This document shows, in pieces, positions 63,614-64,000 of a stretch of DNA of 64,000 nt. Every line of letters starts with the position of its first letter. Position 1 is the first letter of the stretch. The stretch lies in sequence record PP886230.1; one strand, 5' to 3'. The position numbers and the translations under genes were made by a program. The notes beneath the pieces were generated by a model. It had not been told where the DNA came from. It did no database searches and saw only the letters and a list, made by a program, of their open reading frames with translations.

Positions 63614-64000
63614 TTAACTATATCAGGAGTACATACATATGTTCTATACAGTATACAGCGTTCTAGGCACTATTGCAGGCGTACATGATAACGTCAATGA
63701 TGCTATGCGTACAGTACTGCAACAGGTTCCACTAAAGCCTAAGACCATTAAGCAGATGACAGCACGACTAACCAGGGCGACGGCTGGCGTGGAAGTATGG
63801 CAGGACTATGGGGATACACAGATAATCGTAAGCGTAACGAAGGATTAATGCGTAAAGGGATTTAGTACTGATTCAGAAAAAAGTCAAGGCGTTTTTAAAA
63901 TTATGCGTTAAAAAAATGCATAGGTAATCCCTTGACTTTTTTGAAATAAAAGGGATTGGACTATGGCAAAATGCGTAGGGGGCTAAAGGGCGGGTAACCT

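Larger units (their letters stand above)
60467..63848 (+). other. Early small ORFs 60467-60688, 60775-61047, 61044-61235, 61322-61585, 61653-61877, 61954-62211, 62302-62502, 62747-63079, 63169-63570, 63639-63848
   Basis: Promoter cassettes and RBS; no confident function. Confidence 0.7.
1..64000. other. Jumbo-phage genome segment (lytic myovirus-like accessory, structural and early regions)
   Basis: Dense small ORFs, denV, TATAAATA late promoters, many sigma70 promoters, paralog arrays. No bacterial housekeeping genes or integrase. The lineage is recalled, not verified. Confidence 0.8.

Overview
AT-rich segment of a lytic jumbo-phage genome. It has host sigma70-type early promoters, T4-type TATAAATA late promoters, and no core replication or capsid genes. 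The architecture recalls Rak2/GAP32/121Q-like myoviruses of Enterobacterales (from memory, not searched). There are five blocks. (1) 1-24.6 kb: + strand accessory genes, including denV, two kinase-like genes, an AAA+ ATPase, a frameshifted DUF723-repeat/GIY-YIG-like endonuclease, two candidate internal head proteins and 10 paralogous 3-TM membrane proteins. (2) 24.6-38.7 kb: 12 minus-strand paralogs that all start MLPF[GA]R; 11 are RCC1/BLIP-II-like propellers and one is Gly-rich. They are separated by a ~71-bp terminator-promoter-RBS repeat. (3) 38.8-43.6 kb: a head-to-tail array of 21 paralogous ~60-aa minigenes with conserved ends and hypervariable cores. (4) 43.6-45.5 kb: non-coding DNA with long hairpins, 40-bp-phased iteron-like repeats and a GC-skew flip. 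(5) 45.5-64 kb: more than 40 near-consensus promoter cassettes, each driving one small ORF or an ORF-less structured RNA; ORFs include an H-NS-like protein, TraR/DksA, a GNAT and a kinase. The best candidates for undescribed biology are the minigene library, two families of promoter-driven ORF-less RNAs (11 and 3 copies), a window-wide ~14-fold excess of the palindrome AGTACT, and the cassette-like RCC1 array. All calls come from reading the sequence; no searches or folding programs were run.
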